From contig CAWGMQ010000008.1 of the NCBI GenBank assembly GCA_963823665.1, positions 544,001 to 608,000 of the forward strand: a stretch of DNA of 64,000 nucleotides, given 5' to 3'. This document shows positions 62,709 to 64,000 of this stretch, in pieces; position 1 is the stretch's first letter, and every line of letters begins with the position of its first letter. Under the pieces are notes generated by a model. It did no database searches and was not told where the DNA came from. It worked only from the letters and a program-made list of their open reading frames with translations. The DNA comes from an uncultured Planctomycetota bacterium. GTDB taxonomy: Bacteria > Planctomycetota > Planctomycetia > Isosphaerales > Isosphaeraceae. The position numbers were made by a program, and so were the translations under genes.

Positions 62709-62750
62709 CGGTGATCCGTTCCTCAAATCGGACGTTTTCGACAGCCCAGT

Positions 62751-63897
62751 TCAGTCGCCCCACGACGGCAGCTCGCCTGGGCGGCGGCAGGCTGCCGTCA
62801 AGTATCGCGCAATCCGGGCTGCGCCGTCAGGGGGAAATGGCGGAGCGGGCGGTTTGACCGCAAGCGCTCGCTCGAGAGCGCGATCGAGCTTGAGCGATTG
62901 GAATTCGCGGGTGGAGATGGGCACGCCCGCGCCCCAGGCGCGGAGGGTGCGATCGAGCGAGCGATGCTCGGCAAAGTTATGGCGCGGCGGATAAATGAGC
63001 GGCGTGCCGCTGGCCATCGCTTCGCAAGCTGTTCCATACCCGGCCTTGGCAAGGACGACGTCACACGACGCGATGAGATCGGCGCCCGTCCAGTCAGCGG
63101 TTGATAAGGCGTGCAGGTTTGCGGGTGCACGATCGGGCAGGGGAGGATATGTGACGAAGTGCACTCCGCGAGATTCGTGAAGACCGAGCGCAGGCCAATC
63201 GAGATCGTTCTGGCCGTAGCGCCCGAAATACAGGTAGGCGACCTTGTCTCTATTCTTGAGGCCGAGGAATTTCCGCAGCTCGTCGCTACGATCCTTGACC
63301 TGGTTGACGACCATGCCGGCATCGTGCACCCTGGGCAGCCACGACATGCTCACGGCCGGCGCCGTGCGGAACGTGGCGGTGGCGCCGCGATAGAGTTGAC
63401 GAAGCTGACGGACGAAACTCGACGGCCTCGGGGCCGGCTTTCCTGGCGTAGGGGGCGTAGATATCGGCCCAGGTGAAGTTGGTCATCAAAAAGCCGGGGA
63501 TTCCCGCCCGCGTGGCAGCCAGCAGCGGCAAGGCCGGCGCGTCGCAAAGCACGGCTGCGTTCTCTTCGCGGACCAATCGCTCGACCTCGTCGTCCAATCG
63601 CTCGAGCGCTTCGGCATGAACCTGGGCCGCCAGCGCGATCGTCGCGGGACCGTCGGTGGCATTGCTATCGCCGGGAGGGTTCACTGCGCCCGAGTCGCAG
63701 ACGAATAACTGGAGCTCGGCCGGACGCCGCAGGCGCTCGCGCCAGTGCCGGAATAGATTCTTGTTCGACTTGACGGTGATCGGTACGTCGCCCGGCACGC
63801 GATTCAGTACGGCGGCCGTTCGGTTCAAGTGGCCGAATCCGTGGCTGGTCACATAAACTGCCAGGCCACCAGTGCGGGAACCAGGCCTGGAACTCAT
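62751..63897 (-). CDS. GT-B-fold glycosyltransferase-like protein (similar to the arabinokinase N-terminal domain), frameshifted near 63360-63420
   Basis: TSHGFGH..R, NFTW.DIY, DLIASCD.V.AKAGYGT..EA, R..FAEH motifs. Confidence 0.75.
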
Positions 63898-64000
63898 CGA
63901 GTGACCGCCTCGTTGGCGAGGACTAGCCCCGGCAGGGCCGGAATGCTCTGGCTTGACTCCGTGGCCCGACGGACGACGGTCACACCACGTCGAACAACGA

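Overview
High-GC bacterial DNA with strong Planctomycetota (Isosphaerales-like) hallmarks: ECF sigma factors translationally coupled to Ser/Thr kinases, an LEPR-XLL-type N-terminal motif, dockerin-like C-termini, DUF4058 and GTAG-type REP-like palindromes. 1-37.2 kb: the C-terminal part of a large secreted metzincin/PKD/Ig protein, an ECF-kinase(WD40) pair, and a roughly 26.4-kb gene for an approximately 8,800-aa surface protein split by three single-base frameshifts. The two large proteins share a colinear 1,257-bp C-terminal module. The ECF gene and the giant gene share a near-identical bipartite promoter motif. 37.2-44.6 kb: a small-protein/retropepsin pair, a hypothetical protein, a HEAT-repeat protein, and a Ro60 (rsr) gene preceded by two Y-RNA-like ncRNAs that the ORF track does not show (one is a tRNA mimic of the YrlA type). 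The Ro60 locus is bracketed by 71-bp direct repeats. 44.6-64 kb: further kinase/ECF modules and relics of them, a serine hydrolase, a Gfo/Idh/MocA oxidoreductase, a lipoprotein, an M48 peptidase, DUF4058, an esterase, a 2-hydroxyacid dehydrogenase and a glycosyltransferase-like gene. Frequent single-base frameshifts without in-frame stops probably reflect sequencing indels. All family calls are from motif recognition by eye; no database searches were run.
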